NCBI GenBank assembly: GCA_043745825.1
Contig: JAYTSB010000523.1
Span: 1-39,607 of the forward strand
Length of the DNA stretch: 39,607 bases
Reading direction: 5' to 3'
Source: Actinomycetota bacterium
Lineage (GTDB): Bacteria; Actinomycetota; Acidimicrobiia; Acidimicrobiales; Ilumatobacteraceae
This document shows, piece by piece, positions 27,181 through 35,641 of the stretch. How positions within the stretch are numbered: the first letter of the stretch is position 1; each line of letters begins with the position of its first letter. A program made the position numbers and the translations under genes. Below the pieces are notes generated by a model. It was given only the letters and a program-made list of their open reading frames with translations. It was not told where the DNA came from and ran no database searches.

Positions 27181-27495
27181 ATGGCCACGCGTTGCAAGAT
27201 CCCCGGGGTCCAGCTCCCATCGCTCCCAAGCCTGTCGATTCCGCCCAAGCTCCCAGGCCTGCCCATCCCTTCGTTCTCGCTCAACCTTCGGCTGCGTATC
27301 CCTGGGATCTCGATCTCGCTGCCTAGCCTCAGCATTCCACCGAAGCTTCCAGGACTGCCCATCCCGAGCGTCAGCCTCAACCTCCAGCTGCGTATCCCCG
27401 GCATCTCGATCTCGCTCCCAAGCCTGTCGATTCCGCCCAAGCTCCCAGGCCTGCCCATCCCGCGCCTGCCGACCTGCCCGCTTGACCTTCTGTGA
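27181..27495 (+). CDS. Pro/Leu-rich tandem-repeat protein (104 aa), unknown function
   Basis: Contains 2.5 copies of the 32-aa unit LPSLSIPPKLPGLPIPS(F/V)SLNL(R/Q)LRIPGISIS. The middle copy differs from the flanking copies by eight synonymous and no non-synonymous changes across LPSLSIPPKLPGLPIP. Confidence 0.65.
   Translation: MATRCKIPGVQLPSLPSLSIPPKLPGLPIPSFSLNLRLRIPGISISLPSLSIPPKLPGLPIPSVSLNLQLRIPGISISLPSLSIPPKLPGLPIPRLPTCPLDLL
27220..27461 (+). repeat. 96-nt tandem repeat (2.5 copies); 50-nt exact direct repeat at 27220-27269 and 27412-27461
   Basis: Verified base by base; lies inside the CDS above. Confidence 0.9.
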
Positions 27496-27502
27496 GGCAC
27501 AG

Positions 27503-27979
27503 ATGCCCCTTCTCGGCTTCGGACAGCAGCCCTTCGGCAACACCTCGGCCGGCACCGGTACGCCGCTCAACCTGCCTCTCCCAGGGTCGGCGGGATACAT
27601 CACCTCGACGGACATAGTGCCGGTACGCGCGATCAACACGCGAACCAAGGATTACGATCTGGACACGACCACCGCGGGCTACGACCATAAGCCGTGGAAC
27701 ATTGCGGAGCAGCAAGTATTGCTTGCGCTGCAAGAGACGCCTGGGCGGCTATCGTACTGGCTCGACGGCGGCGACCAAACGAACGCGCTCGGGACCATCC
27801 CCACCATAGAGACGGTGCGTGGGTACACGCAGGGTGCGCTTCGGGCGCTCATCCAGGCCGGCACGATCGAACTGCTGGACGTGAGCATCACGAACACCGG
27901 CGCCGCGCTCTTTCGCGTGGTGACGTGGCGCGACACCACATCCAAGGCCGTGATCGACACGACGGCGAAGCTCAAGTGA
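27503..27979 (+). CDS. Baseplate wedge protein, Mu gp46 / gpW-like (tentative)
   Basis: 158 aa, immediately upstream of the J-like gene. ATG 27503 is preferred over the track TTG at 27482, which overlaps the previous gene. Confidence 0.45.
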   Translation: MPLLGFGQQPFGNTSAGTGTPLNLPLPGSAGYITSTDIVPVRAINTRTKDYDLDTTTAGYDHKPWNIAEQQVLLALQETPGRLSYWLDGGDQTNALGTIPTIETVRGYTQGALRALIQAGTIELLDVSITNTGAALFRVVTWRDTTSKAVIDTTAKLK

Positions 27980-27986
27980 GGGGACG

Positions 27987-29486
27987 ATGACCATCACCAC
28001 TGGCGACTACCCGACGATCGAATCCGTCGTGCAGGGCGCGCTGCGCTTCTACCAGCAGCACATGATGCGAAACGGCGTGCCGCAGAGCACCGCCGTGCAG
28101 GCCACGAGCAAGGGGGGCGACCGTTGGGCCACGGTGATGGCGTTCGCCACGCCGCTGGCGCAGGTGCTCGCCAACAACCGCAACAAGGAGGACGCGAGTT
28201 CACCTGACAGCGCCGTCGGCGACGACCTGGTCGCGTGGGCCAAGATCTACGGCATCGCGCGGTCGCCAGGCGCGGGCGCTAGCGGCAACGTAACGATCAC
28301 GTCGAGCGGCATCGTCACCTACGCCGCGGGGCAAGAGGCGGTGGCCACGAGCAACGGCAAGCGCTACCGCGTCGTCTCGCTCTCCACGGTCCCCAGCGGA
28401 TCCGACGTGGGCATCGTGGGCATCGACATCGGGCCGACCACCAACCTTGACCCGGGCGAGATCTTGACGTGGACAAGCCCGCCCATCGGCAGCGCGACCA
28501 CGTGCGTGGTGTCGAGCGGCGGTCTCACCAACGGCACGGCGGCGGACAACGACGCGAAGCTCCGCACGCGGCTCCAGAAGCGCCTCAGGAACCCGCAGAA
28601 CGGCGGGTCGTGGTCTCACGTCCAGCGATGGCTCGAAGACGCCTCAGCGAGCGTCCAGACGGCCTACATCTACCCTGCCGCGCAGGGCCCTGGGACGAAT
28701 CACGCGGCGTACAGCATCGAGGGGACGACCACCAACCGCTTCGCGCGCGCGGGCACCACGGCGCTGACCACGCTCCTAGCGCAGTCACTCACCGCGCAGG
28801 CTCCTGAGTTCTCCGACGCGCTCATCACCACGGTGGTCGAGCAGGACATGGCGATCGCGCTCCGTCTCACGCTGCCCGAGCCCAAGAGCGCTGGCGGCAA
28901 CGGCGGCGGGTGGATCGACACAACGGCTACAAGGTGGCCTCCTCCTCTCGCGGCTGGCCCCGTAGCTATCTCCGTTGTCACGAGCGCCACTACGCTCACA
29001 TGCACCGCCACCACGGTGCCGATTGACACGGCATGGATCCACCTGTTCGACTCGGCGAATCGAAAGATGGTCCTTGCGCGCGTCGTGTCGCATTCTGGTG
29101 TGTCCGGGGCGTACGTCATCAACCTCGACCGTGCGGTGCCCACCATTGTCGTTGGCAACCACGTCAGCCCAGCGTCGAGCCGAGGTGACCAGTACGCCGA
29201 GCTTCTGTTGCAGTGGTTCGCGCTGCTGGCACCTGGCGAAAAGACGAGCAACGCGGCCGTATTGCCGCGAGCGTACCGTCACCCGAAGAGCACCGAAGGC
29301 TACCCGTCAGAACTCACGACCGAGTTGCTCTCGTCGCTCCAGGTGACCTTCGCCGAGTTGACGAACGCTACGATGTACTTTGCGAACACGTTCGCGCCGA
29401 CGCTGCCCTACGCACCCACGGTGCCGGCCTCAGTCACATCACCGCCCAATGTATGGCGCCCGAAGCACGTATCTTTCTACCCGTGA
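27987..29486 (+). CDS. Baseplate J-like protein (Mu gp47 / P2 gpJ family)
   Basis: DDLVAWAKIYGIARSPGAGASGNVTITSSG...GTAADNDAKLRTRLQKRL follows the Baseplate_J pattern; 499 aa. Confidence 0.7.
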   Translation: MTITTGDYPTIESVVQGALRFYQQHMMRNGVPQSTAVQATSKGGDRWATVMAFATPLAQVLANNRNKEDASSPDSAVGDDLVAWAKIYGIARSPGAGASGNVTITSSGIVTYAAGQEAVATSNGKRYRVVSLSTVPSGSDVGIVGIDIGPTTNLDPGEILTWTSPPIGSATTCVVSSGGLTNGTAADNDAKLRTRLQKRLRNPQNGGSWSHVQRWLEDASASVQTAYIYPAAQGPGTNHAAYSIEGTTTNRFARAGTTALTTLLAQSLTAQAPEFSDALITTVVEQDMAIALRLTLPEPKSAGGNGGGWIDTTATRWPPPLAAGPVAISVVTSATTLTCTATTVPIDTAWIHLFDSANRKMVLARVVSHSGVSGAYVINLDRAVPTIVVGNHVSPASSRGDQYAELLLQWFALLAPGEKTSNAAVLPRAYRHPKSTEGYPSELTTELLSSLQVTFAELTNATMYFANTFAPTLPYAPTVPASVTSPPNVWRPKHVSFYP

Positions 29487-29493
29487 GGCCTGA

Positions 29494-29991
29494 ATGTCAT
29501 CTGCCGTACTCCCCGAGGTCAGCGACATCACCACGTTTGGTGGCACGATGGCGAACTTCGCGCCACCCGAAGACCCCACGACGGACCTTGACTGCCTGTA
29601 CGTCAACAGGTGGTTCGCGCAGCTCGCTATGCTGTCGTTCACGCTGCCACGCGCGTGGGCTAGGTGCACCGTGGCTGGCGCTGTCATCTCGGGTCCGGTA
29701 GACGGCGACCATGGCGCAGTGTGGGGCAACACGAGCGGACTGAAGCCCACGGCCGCGCGGACATCGGCGGGGCTCTTCACGCTCACATGGGCGGCATCGT
29801 ACAACGACCTGCAAGCCGTTCCCGAGTCGCACGCGGTGTCGTTCAAGAGCGTCATCGTGACGGCGTACAACGGCGCAACGGCGGTCATCTCGGCGGCAGC
29901 GGTCACGAGCGCCAACGTGGTGACGGTGCGCACGTGGACGGACGCAGGCGTCGCGGCCGACCCGTCCGAGTTCTCGGTGTGGGTTCGCTGA
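29494..29991 (+). CDS. Hypothetical baseplate-associated protein
   Basis: gagg RBS, 165 aa, beta-rich, inserted between the J-like and gp48-like genes. Confidence 0.5.
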   Translation: MSSAVLPEVSDITTFGGTMANFAPPEDPTTDLDCLYVNRWFAQLAMLSFTLPRAWARCTVAGAVISGPVDGDHGAVWGNTSGLKPTAARTSAGLFTLTWAASYNDLQAVPESHAVSFKSVIVTAYNGATAVISAAAVTSANVVTVRTWTDAGVAADPSEFSVWVR

Positions 29992-30785
29992 TGGCGTGCA
30001 CCGGCTGGATGTCTCCCATACCATTCCGCGTCGGAGGGCGTGGACACGCAACGATCCAAGGCTTCTACAACTCGATGCGCTCGAACCGCACGGCGGCCTT
30101 GCAGGGCGCGAAAAACGTTACCGAGGTCGACATCGAGAACAAGGTCGCGGCGCGTATGCTGGCGGTGGCGTGGCGCGAGACCAATCGCCGAGTCAACCAG
30201 CGCGACCCGCTCAAGCTTTCTTTCGCGCGACGCCCCGTGAAGCTGCCGGGCTCGGACGTGACCGAACTGCTCTCGCCACTCGAACGCCAGGAGCGCTTCC
30301 TTGGCCTGACCCCAGAGACCACGCAGAGCTACCAGGATCGTCGCGCTGCGGTAGCGGCTCGCGTGGCATCGGCCGCCAGCTCTGCGCGCGCGCAGGTGTC
30401 GACAGCCATGTCGGCGATATTCGGGCCCTGGTTCAAGGGCGTCTTCGAGAACCACATCGGTGACGTGGACTACGCAGGCAAGGCGCCCGTGGGGCAGGTG
30501 CACGCATATTGGGCCACGAGCTCGTTCACGTTCTCGTCCACATACCCCGGAGAGTACGACGCAGCTAGGCCGTGGACGACGGGCCTGGCGATCATCAACA
30601 TAGGTATCCAGCCTCCCGCAGCTACGGCTCAGAGCGACATCGACGCAAAGACGACGAAGGCGCTAGACACGCTTGACGCGATGCTTCCAGCGTGGATGAG
30701 CGCAGCCGTGTCGCAGTGGGCACCAGGCCAGACCACGCCGGGGTTCTTCCTCGGCGTCTCCTATCTCGGCCTCACGGCCCTCTGA
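29991..30785 (+). CDS. Mu gp48 / DUF2313 (YmfQ)-like tail protein
   Basis: LERQERFLGLTPETTQSYQDRRAAVAARV matches the DUF2313 signature. The start overlaps the previous stop by 1 nt. Confidence 0.55.
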   Translation: MACTGWMSPIPFRVGGRGHATIQGFYNSMRSNRTAALQGAKNVTEVDIENKVAARMLAVAWRETNRRVNQRDPLKLSFARRPVKLPGSDVTELLSPLERQERFLGLTPETTQSYQDRRAAVAARVASAASSARAQVSTAMSAIFGPWFKGVFENHIGDVDYAGKAPVGQVHAYWATSSFTFSSTYPGEYDAARPWTTGLAIINIGIQPPAATAQSDIDAKTTKALDTLDAMLPAWMSAAVSQWAPGQTTPGFFLGVSYLGLTAL

Positions 30786-30791
30786 GGCACC

Positions 30792-31580
30792 ATGTCGAAC
30801 GCCAACGCATTCTCCGCAGCCAAGAATCAGGGCGACCAGCTTCTAGCGAGCGAGGCGAACAGCCTCAACACAGGCCAGCAGGCGGCGCTGTGTCGCACTG
30901 GGACCACGACGCTGACTGGCAATACGGTAATCGACACGAACGGGAAGACGTTCTACATCGACCTTTCGCAGGCCCCGACGAGTGGCGGCATCGTGGTCGA
31001 TTCGTCGGACTTCTCGTTCACAAGCAACTCGTCTGGAAGCTTTAGCATCGCTGCGAATCGGCTGAAACTTACCGGCACAGGAGTGCCTGTTCTTGGCAGT
31101 CGCACGGAGAATAGGCACCAGCGATGCGCCGCCATGACGCACGTTAGCTTTCCGTATGCGCTGGCGGATCGAAACTACGTGTGCAACGCGGCCTACGGCT
31201 ACGTCATCATACCTATGTCAAACAGCATAGACGGCGCTACGCTGACCACCGTGACGGCATACGTGCGCGGCACCGCCACGGCTGGCACGTGGGCCGCTCA
31301 GCCTGGGGCGATGCCGTCTCTAGATGTGGCCAAGACGGACAGCAATGGGACATACTCGGTCCTCGGAACGACCGTGGCCACATGGTCTAGTCTAGGTGCC
31401 TTTCAGGCCGTGCACACGATCGTCGTGTCTGGACTGACGCACTCGATCGATAACACCGCGCCGTCTAGCGTCAACCTCACGGTCACTGGGCCGGGCGGCG
31501 TCAACTTTCTCGCCGATCGCTACGAGCTGCTCGGCATCAAGTGCGGCTTCACAGTTACCGCCCTCACCCCAGGAGGCTGA
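30792..31580 (+). CDS. Tail fiber-like protein
   Basis: Ser/Thr/Gly/Asn-rich beta protein directly after the baseplate genes; gagg RBS. Confidence 0.5.
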   Translation: MSNANAFSAAKNQGDQLLASEANSLNTGQQAALCRTGTTTLTGNTVIDTNGKTFYIDLSQAPTSGGIVVDSSDFSFTSNSSGSFSIAANRLKLTGTGVPVLGSRTENRHQRCAAMTHVSFPYALADRNYVCNAAYGYVIIPMSNSIDGATLTTVTAYVRGTATAGTWAAQPGAMPSLDVAKTDSNGTYSVLGTTVATWSSLGAFQAVHTIVVSGLTHSIDNTAPSSVNLTVTGPGGVNFLADRYELLGIKCGFTVTALTPGG

Positions 31581-31583
31581 CGC

Positions 31584-33194
31584 GTGACGTACTCAGGAGC
31601 CTCCGCATCGCCCGCAGTGGGCACCGTTGGCACCAAGACCACGGTAACGCTATCGGGCAGCCATACGGCCGTCTACGGCGCGAACACATCGGTCGTTTAC
31701 GCGTACATACAGAGCGCGCCGCCAAACAGCAAGCTGCCGACGCTTGACCAGCTAGCCGTGCTCGTCGCCTGGAACGCAGGCCTCTACACCGGCGCCTACA
31801 CAGGACCGCTCGCGCGAGGCGTTGACCGCAAAGAGTTGCGTCTCGTCTCCGATGCCGCCGGAGTCACCTTCACGCCTGACGTGCCAGGGCTGTTTACCGT
31901 ACGATTCTACGACGTGGAGGCCTACCGCTTCATCCCACACTACCAGGGCCATGTACCTGGCACTGGCGAGCTAGCGGAGACAGACAACGAGCTCGCAGCG
32001 CTTCCGGCGTACGCCGGTTCCAGCGCCCAGTCGTCCAGCGCGACGCTCGCATACTACGTCAAGGAAACGCACAAGCGCACCATCGGCGCCGGGCTTCACA
32101 CGGCGACGGTGACAGTCAGCGGATATGCCGACGCCCCAGACCCGTACGACACAAACGCCGTTACGCTAGCCGCAGGGACGAGCAGCCTCGCGAAGCTTGC
32201 CGCGCTCGACAACGACGTTCTGGCCGCTCTCCTCACTCTCAAGCAAACGACTGGCTCAGCGCTGACGACGTGGACGATCGGTTCGTTCAACGAACTTTTC
32301 GACGCCTTCAACGCACACCTTGGCCTCGTGGGCGACCAGACGATCCACACCGTCGCCGACAACACAAACATACTGGCGGTCGGCGCGTGCACGGACGTGG
32401 CTACGGCGATCTCTTTGCTCAACGATATGCGTACAAAGTACGCGGCGCATCGGGTCATGACGGCGGGAACGGTGCACGTGGGCGCCGACAACACCAACGT
32501 GGTGACGGCCGCAGCGTGCGCTGACTTCGGTACCGCTCGGACGCTCTTTGCCGACCTGCGCGACCGTATGTTCTACCACGCGTTCACGTACAGCACGATC
32601 CACATCACGGCTGGCGACGGCACGGCGTTCGAGTGGCTCGAGGTGCCATACCCCGGCTCGGTCGCTCACATGGTCGCCCAATGCAACCGTCTCGCGAATT
32701 TTTACACCAACCACATCCGCCGAGTGATCCAGCACTCGCACTTCTCGGGCGACGCCAACAACACCATCGTGGGCGTCAACTTCGAGTCAAACGACGGCAC
32801 GGCGGCGAGTCTCAACCTGCTCGCCGACGCTCTCACTCGCCACATCGCTAATCAGAAAGCGGACGGGAGCGCCGCGGGTGTCGCGTATCACCAGACAGCA
32901 GGCGTCTCGCAGTCGAGCAACAACAAAATCCCGCTGCGAGCCAACGGCAACGATCCAGGCAGCATACAGCTCGTCGCCGAGTGGATCGCCTACACGCTCG
33001 AACTCCACGCACTAAGCATCTCGCCGCATCGCCAGGACGCGCAATGGGGGCGCTACCCGACAACCACGTTCTTCTCAGACTCATACTTGGCGCGGCTCAC
33101 GAAGGCGTGGCTCGTGGCCACGTCGAGCCCGAACGCAAACGCGCCAGACTTCCAGAGCGCGATCGCCGGCCTGGCTCAGAAGGGATGGGGATGA
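31584..33194 (+). CDS. Tail fiber/receptor-binding candidate with four degenerate 42-44 aa His-bracketed repeats
   Basis: aggagg RBS and a GTG start. The repeats begin near 32343, 32472, 32598 and 32730. Confidence 0.55.
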   Translation: MTYSGASASPAVGTVGTKTTVTLSGSHTAVYGANTSVVYAYIQSAPPNSKLPTLDQLAVLVAWNAGLYTGAYTGPLARGVDRKELRLVSDAAGVTFTPDVPGLFTVRFYDVEAYRFIPHYQGHVPGTGELAETDNELAALPAYAGSSAQSSSATLAYYVKETHKRTIGAGLHTATVTVSGYADAPDPYDTNAVTLAAGTSSLAKLAALDNDVLAALLTLKQTTGSALTTWTIGSFNELFDAFNAHLGLVGDQTIHTVADNTNILAVGACTDVATAISLLNDMRTKYAAHRVMTAGTVHVGADNTNVVTAAACADFGTARTLFADLRDRMFYHAFTYSTIHITAGDGTAFEWLEVPYPGSVAHMVAQCNRLANFYTNHIRRVIQHSHFSGDANNTIVGVNFESNDGTAASLNLLADALTRHIANQKADGSAAGVAYHQTAGVSQSSNNKIPLRANGNDPGSIQLVAEWIAYTLELHALSISPHRQDAQWGRYPTTTFFSDSYLARLTKAWLVATSSPNANAPDFQSAIAGLAQKGWG

Positions 33195-33195
33195 G

Positions 33196-33861
33196 TCAGT
33201 GCGGCGGCCACGTGCTCTCAGGATCGCAGCACGCACGGTACACGTTGCCGCTGTACTGCCCGCCCTTGGAGCAGAACTTCAAGAAGAAGTCCGCGTAAAA
33301 GGACGCGCTGCCGTCGATGACGCCGAAGGCGTAGCAGTGGCGAGCCCCGCACCCTCCGTCAGGCACGGTGACAGGAGCCTGGCCAGGGTGGGTCATCCCC
33401 CACATCTCGCATGTCATCGGCAACGGCGGCACCACGACCGCCGGCGGAGTCGGGCACGCACACTCGGTGTAGCCCGACCCATCCGCCTTGCACACCTGCG
33501 TCCCAGGTGGAAGGCCGGGGCAGTCGCATGGGGTCGCGGTGCCTGGCGAGCACACCGTGGCTGCCCCGCCCTTCCCTGCCCCACCTCCCGACCCAGCGCC
33601 TCCCGCTCCTCCCTGCGAAGCTCCAGCGCTCCCACCACCCGCGCCGCCGCCCGATGCGGCAACACCGCCGGCACCGCCTGACCCCTGAACATCATGCGCC
33701 CCGCCAGCCCCGGACGACTTGCCAGCTGCCGCGCCATCAAGCGCGGGCCCGCTGCCGGCCTCCCCTGAGGCCGATGCGAGCCGAAACGGGTCACCGTCCC
33801 CGCAGGCAAGCAAGATGACGGCAGCAGGCACCAGGGCGGCAAGGCGGGCGACGTGGCTCAT
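33196..33861 (-). CDS. Secreted lipoprotein with Gly/Ala/Ser linker and Cys-rich C-terminal domain (moron; candidate superinfection-exclusion protein)
   Basis: Signal peptide with lipobox (AVILLAC, Cys20). A low-complexity linker of about 80 aa is followed by a domain with 13 Cys. gggggaATG RBS. It is the only convincing minus-strand gene. Confidence 0.7.
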   Translation of the reverse strand: MSHVARLAALVPAAVILLACGDGDPFRLASASGEAGSGPALDGAAAGKSSGAGGAHDVQGSGGAGGVAASGGGAGGGSAGASQGGAGGAGSGGGAGKGGAATVCSPGTATPCDCPGLPPGTQVCKADGSGYTECACPTPPAVVVPPLPMTCEMWGMTHPGQAPVTVPDGGCGARHCYAFGVIDGSASFYADFFLKFCSKGGQYSGNVYRACCDPESTWPPH

Positions 33862-33940
33862 TCCCCCATCCTACGCCGCCCTGCGGTGAATCCCACCCCG
33901 TCATGCGGCGAAGTTTTCGCTTGACAACCGAACGGAAATC

Positions 33941-35641
33941 ATGGCCCAAACCGCAGACTTCAAGCTGTCCAGCAACGCAGGCGGGGCGTACGGCGCCGTC
34001 AACGGCCCGTTCTCAGGGTCGACCGCGCTCGCCTACGTGGCCGCGGGGACGTACTCGATCAAGGCTCAGCTCGATAGCGTGTCGGGGCTCGGATCGTGCT
34101 CGTGGAGCATCACCTCCGCGGACGATCTGCACAACGCGTCGCTCCCCACGGTGACCACCGCCTCAGACCAGGCCTCGTGCACATTCTCGGTGCCCAAGAC
34201 TGGCGGAGCGTGGCTCCTGCGTGCGATCGTCAACGGCGGAGTCAACCTACAGACTGGCGCCACCGATACAACGCTGATTCGCACGCTCAAGATCGCGGTC
34301 CTCAACGCCATCAACAACGAGGAAATCGCGCTCGGCGAGACGTACGAGGGTGACCCAGTTTTCGGCTACACCGGCGTTTTCAACCGGGCGATTCGCACCG
34401 GCGGCGCTGGCGTGCTCGCGGGCGATGTCACCGGCCCTGCCGGCGGCAACACAGTAGTCAAGATACAGGGCCGCGCGGTGGCCGCGACGGCTCCGACTGA
34501 CACATTTGCCCTTGTGTGGAACGCCAGTGGCTCCACGTGGCAGCCAGGAGCCGTCAGCGCCACAAGCCCGACAGGTACCGGGATACCCCATGTGATCGCT
34601 GGCGTCACTCAGGCAGCGTCGTCGCTTATAGTTGACGCCGACGTGAACGCCGCGGCAGCCGTTGCCGGCACCAAAATAGCCCCCGACTTCGGGAGCGCCC
34701 AGGTGGTCAAAGCGGGCGGTGTTCGCGGCTCGCTCTCACCGTTCAAGCTCTCAGAACAGGCCATCAGCTACGCCAGCGACGCAGACAAGACGCTGACCAG
34801 CTCCGAGTACGACGCACACGAGCTGATACTTACGAGCGTCGGCAACATGACAGGATCGAAGAAGCTCGTCCTTCCGATCACCTCAGGTGGTCAGTGGCTC
34901 ATCAAGTGCGGGATATCAACAGTCACTGGCGCCACCATCCAGGCGATCGGCGCCACCGGCACGGGCATCACTATGGTTGTCGGATCCTGGTACTGGGTCC
35001 GCGCCGACGGCACAAACATCGTCAACGTCGGCGGCGGAGCGGCCTTCACCGCTCCAACCGGCACCGGCCTGATGAAAGTGACTGCCGGCGCGATGGATGT
35101 GGCGTCATCGCTGCTCTTGAACGCCGACATCACCAGCGCCACAGTCGGCATCGACAAGATAGCCGTAGGCGTTGAGGGGCAGAGCATCACGTGCCGCGGC
35201 GGCACCACACCGATCTACAGCGAGAACGCGAGCACGCTCCTGGCGACCGGTACGGTGTCGCTCGTGCACGTGGTTGGGACCTACGACTCGGGAGCGCTCT
35301 ACACCACGCCTGCGAGTACCAACTGCGTGATCGAGGAGGTCGTCCTGGTGCTCACGACGGCGCAGACGGGCGCCACGAGCTCTAGCGCGATCACGGTCGG
35401 CACCACGGCTGGCGCGAGCGACATCCTCACCACGTGGACGGTCACGACGGCCACCACGGTCGACACGCAGAGAGGGAACGACCCGACGACACTCGGGACG
35501 GCCATGGACCCCACCCAGAGCTACAGGCTACTGGTTGCCAAGGCGGCGACGAAGGCAGTGCACCTACGGCAGGTGCTATCCACCGCGACCACTACAGCGG
35601 GCGTAGTCACATACTACGTCTACGGGCGGATGATGCGATGA
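33941..35641 (+). CDS. Tail fiber/tailspike-like protein
   Basis: 566 aa, Thr/Gly/Ala/Val-rich. LAGDVTGPAGGNTVVKIQGRAV...ALVWNASGSTWQP is a common fiber motif. There is an internal duplicated PTGTG...ASSL..AD motif. Confidence 0.6.
   Translation: MAQTADFKLSSNAGGAYGAVNGPFSGSTALAYVAAGTYSIKAQLDSVSGLGSCSWSITSADDLHNASLPTVTTASDQASCTFSVPKTGGAWLLRAIVNGGVNLQTGATDTTLIRTLKIAVLNAINNEEIALGETYEGDPVFGYTGVFNRAIRTGGAGVLAGDVTGPAGGNTVVKIQGRAVAATAPTDTFALVWNASGSTWQPGAVSATSPTGTGIPHVIAGVTQAASSLIVDADVNAAAAVAGTKIAPDFGSAQVVKAGGVRGSLSPFKLSEQAISYASDADKTLTSSEYDAHELILTSVGNMTGSKKLVLPITSGGQWLIKCGISTVTGATIQAIGATGTGITMVVGSWYWVRADGTNIVNVGGGAAFTAPTGTGLMKVTAGAMDVASSLLLNADITSATVGIDKIAVGVEGQSITCRGGTTPIYSENASTLLATGTVSLVHVVGTYDSGALYTTPASTNCVIEEVVLVLTTAQTGATSSSAITVGTTAGASDILTTWTVTTATTVDTQRGNDPTTLGTAMDPTQSYRLLVAKAATKAVHLRQVLSTATTTAGVVTYYVYGRMMR

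Noticed and set aside
27220-27461. CRISPR-like or non-coding repeat array
   Set aside because: The repeat units are contiguous with no spacers, are in frame, and show a synonymous-only substitution pattern. It is therefore a coding tandem repeat.
33183-33871. Imperfect inverted repeat flanking the lipoprotein gene, suggesting an invertible segment. The arms are GGATGGGGATGAG at 33183-33195 and the reverse complement of ctcattcccccatcc at 33857-33871. Inversion would create an ATGA-coupled plus-strand lipoprotein gene.
   Set aside because: Only 13 matching nt with a 2-nt gap. Both arms are Shine-Dalgarno-plus-ATG-like sequences, which are expected to resemble each other. No invertase gene is in the window. 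Read-pair evidence for both orientations would revive the idea.
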